Source: a virus. Taken from it: 64,000 bases of DNA. Position 1 is the first letter of the stretch; the number at the start of each line of letters is the position of its first letter. Below the pieces are notes generated by a model. The model did not search any database. It saw only the letters and a program-made list of their open reading frames with translations, and was not told the DNA's origin. The DNA is taken from the IMG/VR virus record IMGVR_UViG_3300027896_000034, positions 3,256-67,255 of that record. One strand, written 5' to 3'. This document shows, piece by piece, positions 1 to 9,391 of this stretch. Made by a program: the position numbers and the translations under genes.

Positions 1-310
1 AATCTTGTAAAGCTGCTTTTTGTATATTTAATTTATCATTTAAATCAGAAAGTAATTGATTATATTTTGTAGTTTTTAAAGATACTTCTGATTGAGCTTC
101 TATTATTTTCGAAGTTGTAGTAGATAAAAGTTTATTTATAAGTGAAATAGGATCTAACATACCCCCAAGTTCACTAACTGTCAAATTTATAGCAGCAAGT
201 TCATCAGCAAAATCTGCTGTTAATTTAATTTGAAAGTCTTTAATTCTGCAATATTCAGCTTTAGTTAAATCTATAGTAGTCTGAATATTATCAGTCATTG
301 GAGTATTCAT
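1..310 (-). CDS. hypothetical protein, runs off window start
   Basis: ATG at 310 directly after the spike gene; frame read by hand stays open toward position 1 (MNTPMTDNIQTTIDLTKAEYCRIKDF...). Confidence 0.6.
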   Translation of the reverse strand, partial: MNTPMTDNIQTTIDLTKAEYCRIKDFQIKLTADFADELAAINLTVSELGGMLDPISLINKLLSTTTSKIIEAQSEVSLKTTKYNQLLSDLNDKLNIQKAALQD

Positions 311-325
311 TTTTGTTATTCCTCT

Positions 326-1270
326 TTATGTTATTTCCGTTACAATTCCCTTAACTACAGTTACCATCCTTCCATCTAAACTTACAAAATTTCCATCAGC
401 ACCAGTACTAACTTTAAGATTTCCATTTACATGAACATCAGGGGAATTAAAACTTATATCAGAAGGACTAGTCAATGATATTGCCCCACCTGCTTGTTTA
501 TAAATATTCCCAACTGTTGCAATTTCTATAATATCTCCAGTTTGAGAAGTTGTTGTAATATTTCCTTTTGCTAATGTAGTTATTGTTGAGTCAGTTGATG
601 TTGTAGATATAGCCTGTTTTGCTTTTGTTGTTATTGTTGAATCCGTTGATTCTGTTGAAATAGATTCTTTAAAATTTGTTGTTAATGTTCGTTTTTCAAT
701 ATCTACTTTTATATAATCGCCAAGATAAGTTTTAATTAAAATTTGTTGTTCGCCAGATTTTTCACTTAGTAAAATAGTAGTTTGATTACCCTCTATAGTG
801 GAAACACTTGCAGTATCTCCAGAAGGGGGACTACTCAATAATCTCTTTAACCCTGTAATTTGAACTCTTTCATCATCAGGATCATCGGATACAACTATTG
901 ATCTTCCTTTATTGGATTTAAATATAACCCACTTTCTATGGGGTAATGATCCAACTCTATTTTCTGGTAAAACTTTACTATTTTTTAAATCTAACCCACA
1001 TAAATAAAAAGGTCTTTCTGGTCTTCCATTTTCAAAAAATATAACAACCCAACTTCCTTTTTGCGGGATATAGGAAGACCCCATATACCAATGTTCTGGA
1101 TTTCCATCTGAGTTTAATCCAGAAATTGGATTATTAGCTGGACTTGCCCATAGTCCAGTTTTATCTGAAACTTTTTGCATTAAATCTGGGATCCATACTT
1201 GAACTCTTCCATACTGTTGCGGATCATTCGCATTAATAACTTTTGCTCGATGAAATCCCTTATATACCAT
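326..1270 (-). CDS. baseplate central spike (T4 gp5/VgrG-like OB fold plus beta-helix, no lysozyme domain)
   Basis: N-terminal VINANDPQQYGRVQVWIP and IPQKGSWVVIFFENGRPERP motifs; Thr/Ser-rich ISTxSTDSTITT repeats at the C-terminus. Confidence 0.8.
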   Translation of the reverse strand: MVYKGFHRAKVINANDPQQYGRVQVWIPDLMQKVSDKTGLWASPANNPISGLNSDGNPEHWYMGSSYIPQKGSWVVIFFENGRPERPFYLCGLDLKNSKVLPENRVGSLPHRKWVIFKSNKGRSIVVSDDPDDERVQITGLKRLLSSPPSGDTASVSTIEGNQTTILLSEKSGEQQILIKTYLGDYIKVDIEKRTLTTNFKESISTESTDSTITTKAKQAISTTSTDSTITTLAKGNITTTSQTGDIIEIATVGNIYKQAGGAISLTSPSDISFNSPDVHVNGNLKVSTGADGNFVSLDGRMVTVVKGIVTEIT

Positions 1271-1288
1271 TTTATCCTCTTAAAACTA

Positions 1289-2194
1289 TTATTTTTCTTT
1301 GAAGATCATCTTTGAGATTTCTAGCAATTTTAAATACTCGTCTCGATTATATTTATTAATAAAGGTGGGCACGATACTAGACCCTGAAATACTTGATGTT
1401 GTTATAATTGAAATAAATCTTGAAAAGTCTTCAAAGGCTGGTAAAAAACTAGCTCCTAATAATCTATAAAGTTTGCTAGTAAATGAATACTTATTTAAAC
1501 CTATCATAACTTTTAAATCTGATAGAGCTTGGATAAAATCAATAATACTACTAAAATTATAATTTCCTGTTTCAAGAATTTCATGAATATCTTTTAAACT
1601 AATTCCTGATGCTGCAGCTGCTTTTCTATAAGCTTTTTCTTGTTCTTCACCAAAGAATGCAACTAGAACATAAGCAGATATTAAAAATTTTAATTTTGGT
1701 ATTTCTGAAGAATAAGGACCTAATAATCCATACTCTCTTCCAAAAATTTGTATAAACATACTAGTAATAAAACTTGATATTACACCAAAATATTTTTCTG
1801 GAACATGTATTTTATTATTAACTAAATTATAAAAACATATACCATAAACAACAGAAGCATATATATTTTTAGGATCAGGATTATTTGGATATATATCATC
1901 AGTACCAAATCCAGAAAGATTAATAATTATTTGTTTAGTTGGATTATTATAAGAAATATGTAATGGATAATCCGGCATATTAACTACTTCAAAAAACTTT
2001 CTTTTTTCTAAAATAGTAACAGAATCAAAAACTGTTTTCTTAGTAAAATGATCTATTTTATTTTCCATTAGTTTTAAAACAACAAAAACTTTTCTTGGTC
2101 CAATATCTACTTTAAATGGCTTTAATTTTAAACTAGGTAATTTTAATATATTTGAAGTATCTTTAAGCAATTCAAATTCTTGTTTTATTACCAT
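1289..2194 (-). CDS. hypothetical protein
   Basis: 301 aa ORF in a tightly packed operon. Confidence 0.7.
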   Translation of the reverse strand: MVIKQEFELLKDTSNILKLPSLKLKPFKVDIGPRKVFVVLKLMENKIDHFTKKTVFDSVTILEKRKFFEVVNMPDYPLHISYNNPTKQIIINLSGFGTDDIYPNNPDPKNIYASVVYGICFYNLVNNKIHVPEKYFGVISSFITSMFIQIFGREYGLLGPYSSEIPKLKFLISAYVLVAFFGEEQEKAYRKAAAASGISLKDIHEILETGNYNFSSIIDFIQALSDLKVMIGLNKYSFTSKLYRLLGASFLPAFEDFSRFISIITTSSISGSSIVPTFINKYNRDEYLKLLEISKMIFKEK

Positions 2195-2577
2195 GTTACA
2201 GTCTCCAAATTTTCTAAGCTTTGAGGAGGAAATTTATCTTGACATATGTTTATAATTGAATTTAATGTTGGAATAACTACAGTGCTTAGATCAAAATCTT
2301 CTATGCAAAAAACATTATTGACATACATTAAAAGTTGTTCTAAAATAACAGTTCCATATTGATCAAAAGATAAATATGAAGGTTTATATTTATACTGAGC
2401 ATCAAACTTTTGTACAGTAGAATCTTTTAATAAAAGATATAAATTTTTTTCAATTGTCCACATACTTGGAGATGTAAATGTATAATACCCATTAGTAGTA
2501 ACATATCGTTGAGCAAAGTTATCTATATTTAGAGGACTTCTTGCTCTCTGTTTTGATTCATCACTAATTAGAAGCAT
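2188..2577 (-). CDS. baseplate wedge subunit, gp53/LysM-like
   Basis: YKPSYLSFDQYGT..LLMYVNNV....L..VVIP pattern; near the spike gene. Confidence 0.55.
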   Translation of the reverse strand: MLLISDESKQRARSPLNIDNFAQRYVTTNGYYTFTSPSMWTIEKNLYLLLKDSTVQKFDAQYKYKPSYLSFDQYGTVILEQLLMYVNNVFCIEDFDLSTVVIPTLNSIINICQDKFPPQSLENLETVTW

Positions 2578-3187
2578 TTATTTTTAATCCTGGATAATTA
2601 TCCTTTGACCAATCTTTATATTCATAATCTTTCATTGAAACAGCTAATTTTTCTTGTAAACTATCTAAGTCTTCAGATTCTAAATATTTTGAATATTCAT
2701 TTAGAAAATAATTATAATCGCCTTTTACTAATTCAATAGGTATTTTTAAAAATCCATTATGTAGTTTTTCATGCATTGAACTAACGAGTGGAATATATCC
2801 TACTTTATTCTTAAAATGCAATTCTATTGCTTCAAGAGCAATATCAAATGTAGAAAAAATTTCTGTTTTATCTAATTTTTTATTTACTAAAGCTTTAATT
2901 AAAATAAATAAACTCGGAACTTGATGATGTATATCAATTGTTGCTTCAGAATTTATTTCTTTAGTTAAAGCACATTCATTAATTCCTAATACGTCTTTTA
3001 TATAGTTAGTCCATAATCTATATTCTACTGATCCTCTAACTAATTTTTCACAATTTTTAACAAACTTATTATATTCAGTTTCATTCTCAAAATTAGATAT
3101 TCGTAATGGTAAACTAAACGGATAATTATCACTATATAGCTCTAATGATTCTTCTTTACTTTTTATTTCATTTAAGTTAATTTCCAT
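2564..3187 (-). CDS. hypothetical protein (possible degenerate HNH-like His motifs)
   Basis: IDIHH and MHEKLH motifs. Confidence 0.55.
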   Translation of the reverse strand: MEINLNEIKSKEESLELYSDNYPFSLPLRISNFENETEYNKFVKNCEKLVRGSVEYRLWTNYIKDVLGINECALTKEINSEATIDIHHQVPSLFILIKALVNKKLDKTEIFSTFDIALEAIELHFKNKVGYIPLVSSMHEKLHNGFLKIPIELVKGDYNYFLNEYSKYLESEDLDSLQEKLAVSMKDYEYKDWSKDNYPGLKINASN

Positions 3188-3191
3188 ATAA

Positions 3192-4715
3192 TTATTTCCT
3201 ATTTTTCATCTTTGCAAGTATTTTATCTTTAGCAACTCTAGCTTGTTCCTTGTATTTTTTCATACATTCACTTTTTTCTTTAGAATGTAAACCAGCACAA
3301 ACTCTAGCTGCTTTTGTCATATAATTTCTATAAACTTCTGTTCCTACAATAGTAGCTAAAGCACCAACTCCAATAGCTGTACCTACTTTTACTTTTGTTG
3401 GAGCAGCAGCATTTATTTTTTTTGCACCAGATACAATTTTTTCAGTTCTATCAATTATTTTTTCTGCTATTTTATCAGCTTTATTTAATGTCCATTCCTG
3501 AGCTTTTTTTCTATTAAAAATTTTCCTTCCTGCTTCATCAGCAGTTTCTTTAGCTTTATTTCCAAGATCTTCCTTAAAATCTTCATTTAAATAATCTAAG
3601 TAAGTTGATATTTTTGCTTCAATAACTGATTCTTTAAATAAATTTCTTGGACTAATTTTATGTTTAAAAAATGGACTTGTTACTTTTTGTATATCTTCAA
3701 TTTTTTCATATACTTTATAATTTTCTTTACCAAAACTAGAAAATAAAAGACCATGTGGAACAGAAGAGCACATACCACCAAATTCTTTCATACAAAAATT
3801 TGTTCTTTTATTTACATCATCATTAATTATTATTGATCCCCAACCTAATCCAAATAATTTAGATACAGAACCTGCTTTTCTAAAATGTTTATCATCTTCT
3901 AAATCTTGTTGACTAAGCAAGCAGAAAATTTTTTCTTTATATTTAGTAGATGCAAATAAAATATCTTTTTCTATATTTCCACTTATATCTCTAGATTTCA
4001 TAAAAGGTATTTTATCTGATAAAAAATCATAAACTTGATACCAATATTTAAATAATTCTCTAGTTTTACTATACATAAATTTATCTACTATATTAAATGA
4101 TAAATCAGTACTAATCATTTTTTCAAGTTCTTCACTATTTTTTATAGGATAAGGTATAACTTTTATTCCTAATAGTTTTGTTCCATTAGCTGTATCAACT
4201 GTACAAAAAGTTGGTTCTACATGCATACCCTCAACTCTTGGAAAATCTATATGCATCGTTTTTTTAGACATAGCAGTTTCTATTTTACCTGTTTCTATAT
4301 CTCTTAGTTCTCTTTCTTTAGATATACCTTGTTCAGTTTCCCTTTTCTCCCTTTCAGCTTTAAACATTCTTTCTCTTTCTTGTTCAGATCTTTCAGTTGC
4401 TTCTGCTGCATCTGCTGCTTTTTTATATGCTCTTGTTCTTTCGTATTGTTCTGGACCTCCTTGATCACCTTTAACTTCTAACATAAAATTTTCATGTGCT
4501 CTATGTTTTAACATAAATTTTGAAGCTTGGCTTGCTAATCCTTCTACACCACCAATAGTTATTTTTCCCTTTAATCTAAAACTTTGAGCAACATCTTCTA
4601 ACTCATAAATCATAACAAATCTTTCTAATACTTTACATATACCTGGTAATACATTAGGGTTTATATTAGGAGAAACTAACATAGGGTAAACTGCGATCAT
4701 TTTAAAATCCTCCAA
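3192..4715 (-). CDS. hypothetical protein, possibly virion-associated
   Basis: 507 aa ORF with charged coiled-coil segments and a C-terminal Cys pair. Confidence 0.6.
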   Translation of the reverse strand: MEDFKMIAVYPMLVSPNINPNVLPGICKVLERFVMIYELEDVAQSFRLKGKITIGGVEGLASQASKFMLKHRAHENFMLEVKGDQGGPEQYERTRAYKKAADAAEATERSEQERERMFKAEREKRETEQGISKERELRDIETGKIETAMSKKTMHIDFPRVEGMHVEPTFCTVDTANGTKLLGIKVIPYPIKNSEELEKMISTDLSFNIVDKFMYSKTRELFKYWYQVYDFLSDKIPFMKSRDISGNIEKDILFASTKYKEKIFCLLSQQDLEDDKHFRKAGSVSKLFGLGWGSIIINDDVNKRTNFCMKEFGGMCSSVPHGLLFSSFGKENYKVYEKIEDIQKVTSPFFKHKISPRNLFKESVIEAKISTYLDYLNEDFKEDLGNKAKETADEAGRKIFNRKKAQEWTLNKADKIAEKIIDRTEKIVSGAKKINAAAPTKVKVGTAIGVGALATIVGTEVYRNYMTKAARVCAGLHSKEKSECMKKYKEQARVAKDKILAKMKNRK

Positions 4716-4718
4716 TAA

Positions 4719-5630
4719 TTACATTAGAAAAACTGTTTTTGGTTTTTCTATAATTTTTTCATTAATTTTTTTAAATGGTTTCTCTATTTTACTTTCATCT
4801 TTTTCACAAAACTTTTTAAATAAACAATATCTACATTGTTCCTCTGTTGCATCACCAACATCAGGAACTTCTTTTTTTACAATATAATTTTGTAACTTCT
4901 TTCCTTTTAATAAATAAGATTCCGCTTCTTTACCATTTACTTTTATTTCAAAAACAGCTGGTCTTTTTTTTAGATTATTTCTAAAAAAATATAATAGAAC
5001 AACTGTATTAATATTCATATTATATTCATTATTTAATATAGTAGCGTATATGTTTCCTTGTTGATAATCATCTGGTCTATAAGTTCCAGAAAATTTATCT
5101 TCATCCAATGTTTTTATTTCATAAATAAAAGTTTCTTTTAAAGCATCTAATCTTCCTTTAACTCCATATTTTTCACTAACTATAGTTTTCTCAGTTTCAG
5201 AAAAATCATAAACTGACTGTACTACAGAATGTACTGTATTCCCAACTTCCTGCATTAATTTAAGATAAGAAAATTTAAATAGATCTTTAACATCTACTTG
5301 ATACTTTAATCTTGCATAATAATTGCTTCTCATACAAGAAAATAATTCACCTACAGAAATATATGGTCTTTCATAACTCTGCATTTTCTTATATTCATCA
5401 ATTAATTTAGCACGCATTAAATTTTCAAATCTTGTAACATCAAATCCTGCAGTGGATTTTGTGCTTTGAGGAACCTCAAATATATCAGATATTTGAGATT
5501 CCTCAATTATTTTATCTATTGTTTTAGAAACAGATTCTGCCTTAACTTCCTCTTTTTTAGGAACTGGTTTTTTATCTGTTTCTTTTAAACTGTCTAAATA
5601 TTCTAAAAGTTTATCGTATTCATTGTTCAC
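4719..5630 (-). CDS. Cas4-like PD-(D/E)XK exonuclease
   Basis: GRLDAL..YEIKT, QGNIY and split Cys ligands (FSCMR ... CRYCLFKKFC). Confidence 0.75.
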   Translation of the reverse strand: MNNEYDKLLEYLDSLKETDKKPVPKKEEVKAESVSKTIDKIIEESQISDIFEVPQSTKSTAGFDVTRFENLMRAKLIDEYKKMQSYERPYISVGELFSCMRSNYYARLKYQVDVKDLFKFSYLKLMQEVGNTVHSVVQSVYDFSETEKTIVSEKYGVKGRLDALKETFIYEIKTLDEDKFSGTYRPDDYQQGNIYATILNNEYNMNINTVVLLYFFRNNLKKRPAVFEIKVNGKEAESYLLKGKKLQNYIVKKEVPDVGDATEEQCRYCLFKKFCEKDESKIEKPFKKINEKIIEKPKTVFLM

Positions 5631-5832
5631 TATTTAACTCCATCATTAAAAAATTAAACTTGTTTACATTTTTCCATACATGTTCTATATATTATCCCAA
5701 CTCCAAGTTTATTTTTAATACCTTTTAATTTTGCGCAATTTGTCATACATTCATCTTGTTTAATTTGTTTATTAGTAAAAGATGAATCTAAAGTAGCTTT
5801 AGCTCTTCTACCAAATCCAATTTTTTCTTCAT

Positions 5833-6417
5833 TTATGACTTTTTTTTTGATTCATCCTCAACTACATTATCAAGAACATTAATAGATGCTTCAACCAAAT
5901 TATCTCTTAACACTTTGTAAGCATCTTCAAGAATTTTTCCTTTCCAAGTATTTAATTTATCAAAACTTTCAGATTCAGTAATTGGTCTTGATATTAAAAG
6001 ATTATCAACAGCTAGCCCATAAGCTTTTCTCTTAATTTCATTTTGAATTATTTCATCAATATTAACTTTCTTAGTTTTAACTTTTAATAATGATTCTCTT
6101 AAAGATTTTTTAACATCTTTTCTTCCATCACTAGATGATACTAAAATCTTACAATTTTCCCTAGCTATTTCAGCACTCTCTTTAGCCATAGTTTTCAACA
6201 CAGAAGTATCAATTTTTTCTTTTATAACTTCTGGATTATGACCAATTAGTTCTTGTATTTCAATCATTACTGACATTAATGCACCTTTAGCAGATAGATA
6301 TTCTTCAGTAAAGAATGGGCAACATACTCCCATTTTACTTAAAGGTTTTCCAAAAACAACATAGTCAATAGCTTGGAAATTCTCTAATATTCTAATTTTT
6401 GACTCTTTTGTTAACAT
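5833..6417 (-). CDS. hypothetical protein with candidate -1 frameshift extension to 5654
   Basis: ends TCA AAA AAA AAG TCA TAA; the -1 frame is open for 61 further codons. Confidence 0.65.
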   Translation of the reverse strand: MLTKESKIRILENFQAIDYVVFGKPLSKMGVCCPFFTEEYLSAKGALMSVMIEIQELIGHNPEVIKEKIDTSVLKTMAKESAEIARENCKILVSSSDGRKDVKKSLRESLLKVKTKKVNIDEIIQNEIKRKAYGLAVDNLLISRPITESESFDKLNTWKGKILEDAYKVLRDNLVEASINVLDNVVEDESKKKS

Positions 6418-6442
6418 AATTTATTTCCTCCCATAATTTAAC

Positions 6443-6742
6443 TTAATTTTCTTTTTTATATGATTTAAAACTAGAATTTTCATCTTCTAAAATTTCTAGA
6501 ACTACATTTCTAGAATGATCATCAAACTTTGTATTTTTTATAGCTGATGCTATAACTTTTAGAGATTCAATAGTTTTCCCTTTTCTTCCAATAACTTTAC
6601 CACAATCATTTTTAGAAGTTTTAATTTGAACTAGTATTGTTTTTGTTGATGTTTTAATATCAACTAAAACTTCATTAGGCTCATCAACAATCATCTTAAT
6701 AGTATCTTCAAGATACGTTTTCAAAATATCAGTCATTCCCAT
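6443..6742 (-). CDS. khpA: KH-domain RNA-binding protein, KhpA/UPF0109 family
   Basis: IVDEPNEV N-terminus and DCGKVIGRKGKTIESL GxxG loop. Confidence 0.8.
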   Translation of the reverse strand: MGMTDILKTYLEDTIKMIVDEPNEVLVDIKTSTKTILVQIKTSKNDCGKVIGRKGKTIESLKVIASAIKNTKFDDHSRNVVLEILEDENSSFKSYKKEN

Positions 6743-6807
6743 TGTATAGTTTCTCCCTTAGTAATAGTTTTTCCATATTTTTAATTTGTTCTAAACTTTT
6801 AAAAGGT

Positions 6808-8088
6808 TTAGATCTCTGGATTATACTTATTAATAATTTCTGATTGTATTGTTTCTTTTGAAGCTCTATCAAAAGCTTCTTTAAAAATAGGATTTGTATT
6901 ATATGTTGAAAGGAAATCTTTAGTTCTTATTTTAACGTTTGGTAAATCTACTAAGTAATTCCAAGCTCCAGATACTATTCTATCATTACTTACTAAAAAG
7001 TCATAATTAGTCCACAGATTACTAAACCCAGTAACAAAATTTCCTACTATTTCAACTGGAATATTTGGTGAGAATAGTTTATTTTTAACACACCATATTG
7101 AAGCTTTAATCCCATCAAATCCATATTTTTCTGGTTTTAAAACTTCTTTAATTTTCATTTCAAGTAAATGGAATGCATTAAACTTTAAAGTATTTCCTCC
7201 AGGAATAGTTTTTCCCATACTCATAAACTTTAATTCTTTAGCTGGAGTAAAATTACCAATTTGAATATTATCTCTTAATTGATTTATAGTTATAAAACAT
7301 ATATTAAAAACAGATAATTTTGAAACATACTTTGGTATTAATAATGATAATAATCTTGCTTTATATCCAATAGCAGAATTTATATCTTCAACTTCTCTTT
7401 CTTTTTGACTTAAAGTATTTGCAATTGAATCCCATACAACAACAGATGGTTGATCAACAATATTTTTCATTTCTTTGTATAAACATAATCCTTCTAAAAA
7501 TTTAAATACTTTTTCAACTGTTATATCATTATATGGTTTTATTTTTGGATGTTTAACCCCAAGATTATACATTCTAGCGGTGGTAGTTGCTTCTTCTGAA
7601 TCCAATAATGCAACTAATGTTCCTTCCCTATATTTTCTCTGCGCAGATCCCATACATTGAATTGCAACACAAGTCTTCCCAGATCCTGGTGCACCAACTA
7701 ACATTCCCATTGTTCCTAGAGCAAAACCTCCTCCCATTACAGCATCTAATAAATCAATACCAGTTGGAATTGTTTCCTTAACTCCAAGATCTTGTTTTAT
7801 TTTTGCTTTATCCTCTAAGAATGAAGAAAATTCCATATATAAATCTTTAGATTCATTATCCATATTATCTACAATATCTTTATCTGACATTTCAGATTGT
7901 TCTTCTAAAGATGGAACACCATTCTTTGGTTTCCTTCCTGGTTTCTTTTTTTCAATAGGTTTATATTTTTCTTTATCATTATCATCTAGTTTAATTTTTA
8001 AAGCATCTAACTCAGCTTGGGTTGGTTCTACAAAAGCTATCTCTTCTTCTAAATTCTCTTCATTGACTATGATTTCATCTTTACTCAT
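6808..8088 (-). CDS. RecA/UvsX-like recombinase
   Basis: IPTGIDLLDAVMGGG, GAPGSGKT, LDSEEA, VVWDSIA, INQLR, PGGNTLKF, KNK motifs. Confidence 0.9.
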   Translation of the reverse strand: MSKDEIIVNEENLEEEIAFVEPTQAELDALKIKLDDNDKEKYKPIEKKKPGRKPKNGVPSLEEQSEMSDKDIVDNMDNESKDLYMEFSSFLEDKAKIKQDLGVKETIPTGIDLLDAVMGGGFALGTMGMLVGAPGSGKTCVAIQCMGSAQRKYREGTLVALLDSEEATTTARMYNLGVKHPKIKPYNDITVEKVFKFLEGLCLYKEMKNIVDQPSVVVWDSIANTLSQKEREVEDINSAIGYKARLLSLLIPKYVSKLSVFNICFITINQLRDNIQIGNFTPAKELKFMSMGKTIPGGNTLKFNAFHLLEMKIKEVLKPEKYGFDGIKASIWCVKNKLFSPNIPVEIVGNFVTGFSNLWTNYDFLVSNDRIVSGAWNYLVDLPNVKIRTKDFLSTYNTNPIFKEAFDRASKETIQSEIINKYNPEI

Positions 8089-8470
8089 TTATTGCCTCCA
8101 ATTTTTTTTTGTCATCTTCTTTATTAAGTTGTTCTATTTTCTTTACTATATATCTAACATCTGCTGTTCCAAAAATATCAGTATCACTATCTTTATCTTC
8201 AATATATCTACTTCTTAATTCAAATTCATCTTTTATATTTTTAGTTATTTCTTTTCTTATTTCTAAAATCCCCTTAAAAAGTTCTGTTACAGCTTTTATT
8301 TTTTCCTCTAAAAATCTAGAGTATCTAGCATCTAATTTTTCTGGAAATATTTTTTCAATTCCTATTTTTAATTTTTCTAATTCAGCAACCATTTCTTTTA
8401 GTTTATTTTTTTGCTCAACGTATTCTGCAATTAGTTTCTCACTAACTGGATTTTTTGTTTCTTCTACCAT
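8081..8470 (-). CDS. hypothetical coiled-coil protein
   Basis: 129 aa helical ORF coupled to recA. Confidence 0.6.
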   Translation of the reverse strand: MVEETKNPVSEKLIAEYVEQKNKLKEMVAELEKLKIGIEKIFPEKLDARYSRFLEEKIKAVTELFKGILEIRKEITKNIKDEFELRSRYIEDKDSDTDIFGTADVRYIVKKIEQLNKEDDKKKLEAINE

Positions 8471-8471
8471 T

Positions 8472-8684
8472 TTATTTATTCTCCATAATAACTTTCATTT
8501 TACCGGTTTCATCAAATTTACTTCTAAAACTACTTTCTGTAAATACTCCTTCAACTGAAACTAAATCACATATAAAAGGTCCTGGTCTTTTTGAACTTCC
8601 ACCTATACAGAAGTTTTGTCCTGTTTGATTATTATATGGACATGTTACAGAATATTTGCAAACTTCATACTCTTTTAATATCAT
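8472..8684 (-). CDS. small Cys-rich hypothetical protein
   Basis: four Cys; coupled ORF. Confidence 0.55.
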   Translation of the reverse strand: MILKEYEVCKYSVTCPYNNQTGQNFCIGGSSKRPGPFICDLVSVEGVFTESSFRSKFDETGKMKVIMENK

Positions 8685-9391
8685 ATTTTTATCTCCTCTT
8701 CCAACATTTTTCCTATTATTCCATTTCCCATAAAATATTTTGCTGTTCCACCATGTTTATTAGATGGATAATCAAAAGTTTTTACAAATTCAAAATCTGA
8801 AATATAATCTACGTGCTTTATATCATCTTTACAAAACTTTCCGAAAAAAAGATTATATTTAGTTTTTATTCTTTTCTCTAAAATTAATTTTCTAGAATCA
8901 AAATCATCTATGTTATAATTAAATCCTTCTAGTTTTTCCTTTAATAAATCTAAATTCTTAGTTATACTATACTTATTGTTCATAGAATCTCTCATATGTG
9001 TTTTAGGAGAAAAAGCATATACTGAATCTACATTTAAATGAGTTCCAAATAAAATAGCTCCTAGGGCTCCTTTTGAGGAACCAAGTGTTATAATTTTTCT
9101 ATATTTATGTTCTGAAATTTTATTCTGTAAAAATTTTACAGCAGAATGTATTCCATACCCTTCTATACCTTTATATTCTCCCATCCACCAAGAATTATCA
9201 AAATCTGCTATCCATATTTCATTTAAATCTAGATGTTTTACTCCTTTAGCTAAAAAATTTGACCAATCAAATTTTTCATTACTTATTGAAAAAGCTATAA
9301 TTAATAAATCACTTGAATGCCCTAATGATTCTTGATACCATGGTATTTCTTTTTGTGGATCTATAAATACTGGAATTTTTTCTTCACTCAT
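8681..9391 (-). CDS. alpha/beta-hydrolase-fold protein
   Basis: nucleophile elbow LGSSKGALGA; C-terminal His (NKHG). Confidence 0.65.
   Translation of the reverse strand: MSEEKIPVFIDPQKEIPWYQESLGHSSDLLIIAFSISNEKFDWSNFLAKGVKHLDLNEIWIADFDNSWWMGEYKGIEGYGIHSAVKFLQNKISEHKYRKIITLGSSKGALGAILFGTHLNVDSVYAFSPKTHMRDSMNNKYSITKNLDLLKEKLEGFNYNIDDFDSRKLILEKRIKTKYNLFFGKFCKDDIKHVDYISDFEFVKTFDYPSNKHGGTAKYFMGNGIIGKMLEEEIKI

Noticed and set aside
8081-8470. Small terminase subunit call
   Set aside because: Only a vague helical resemblance, and no large terminase nearby
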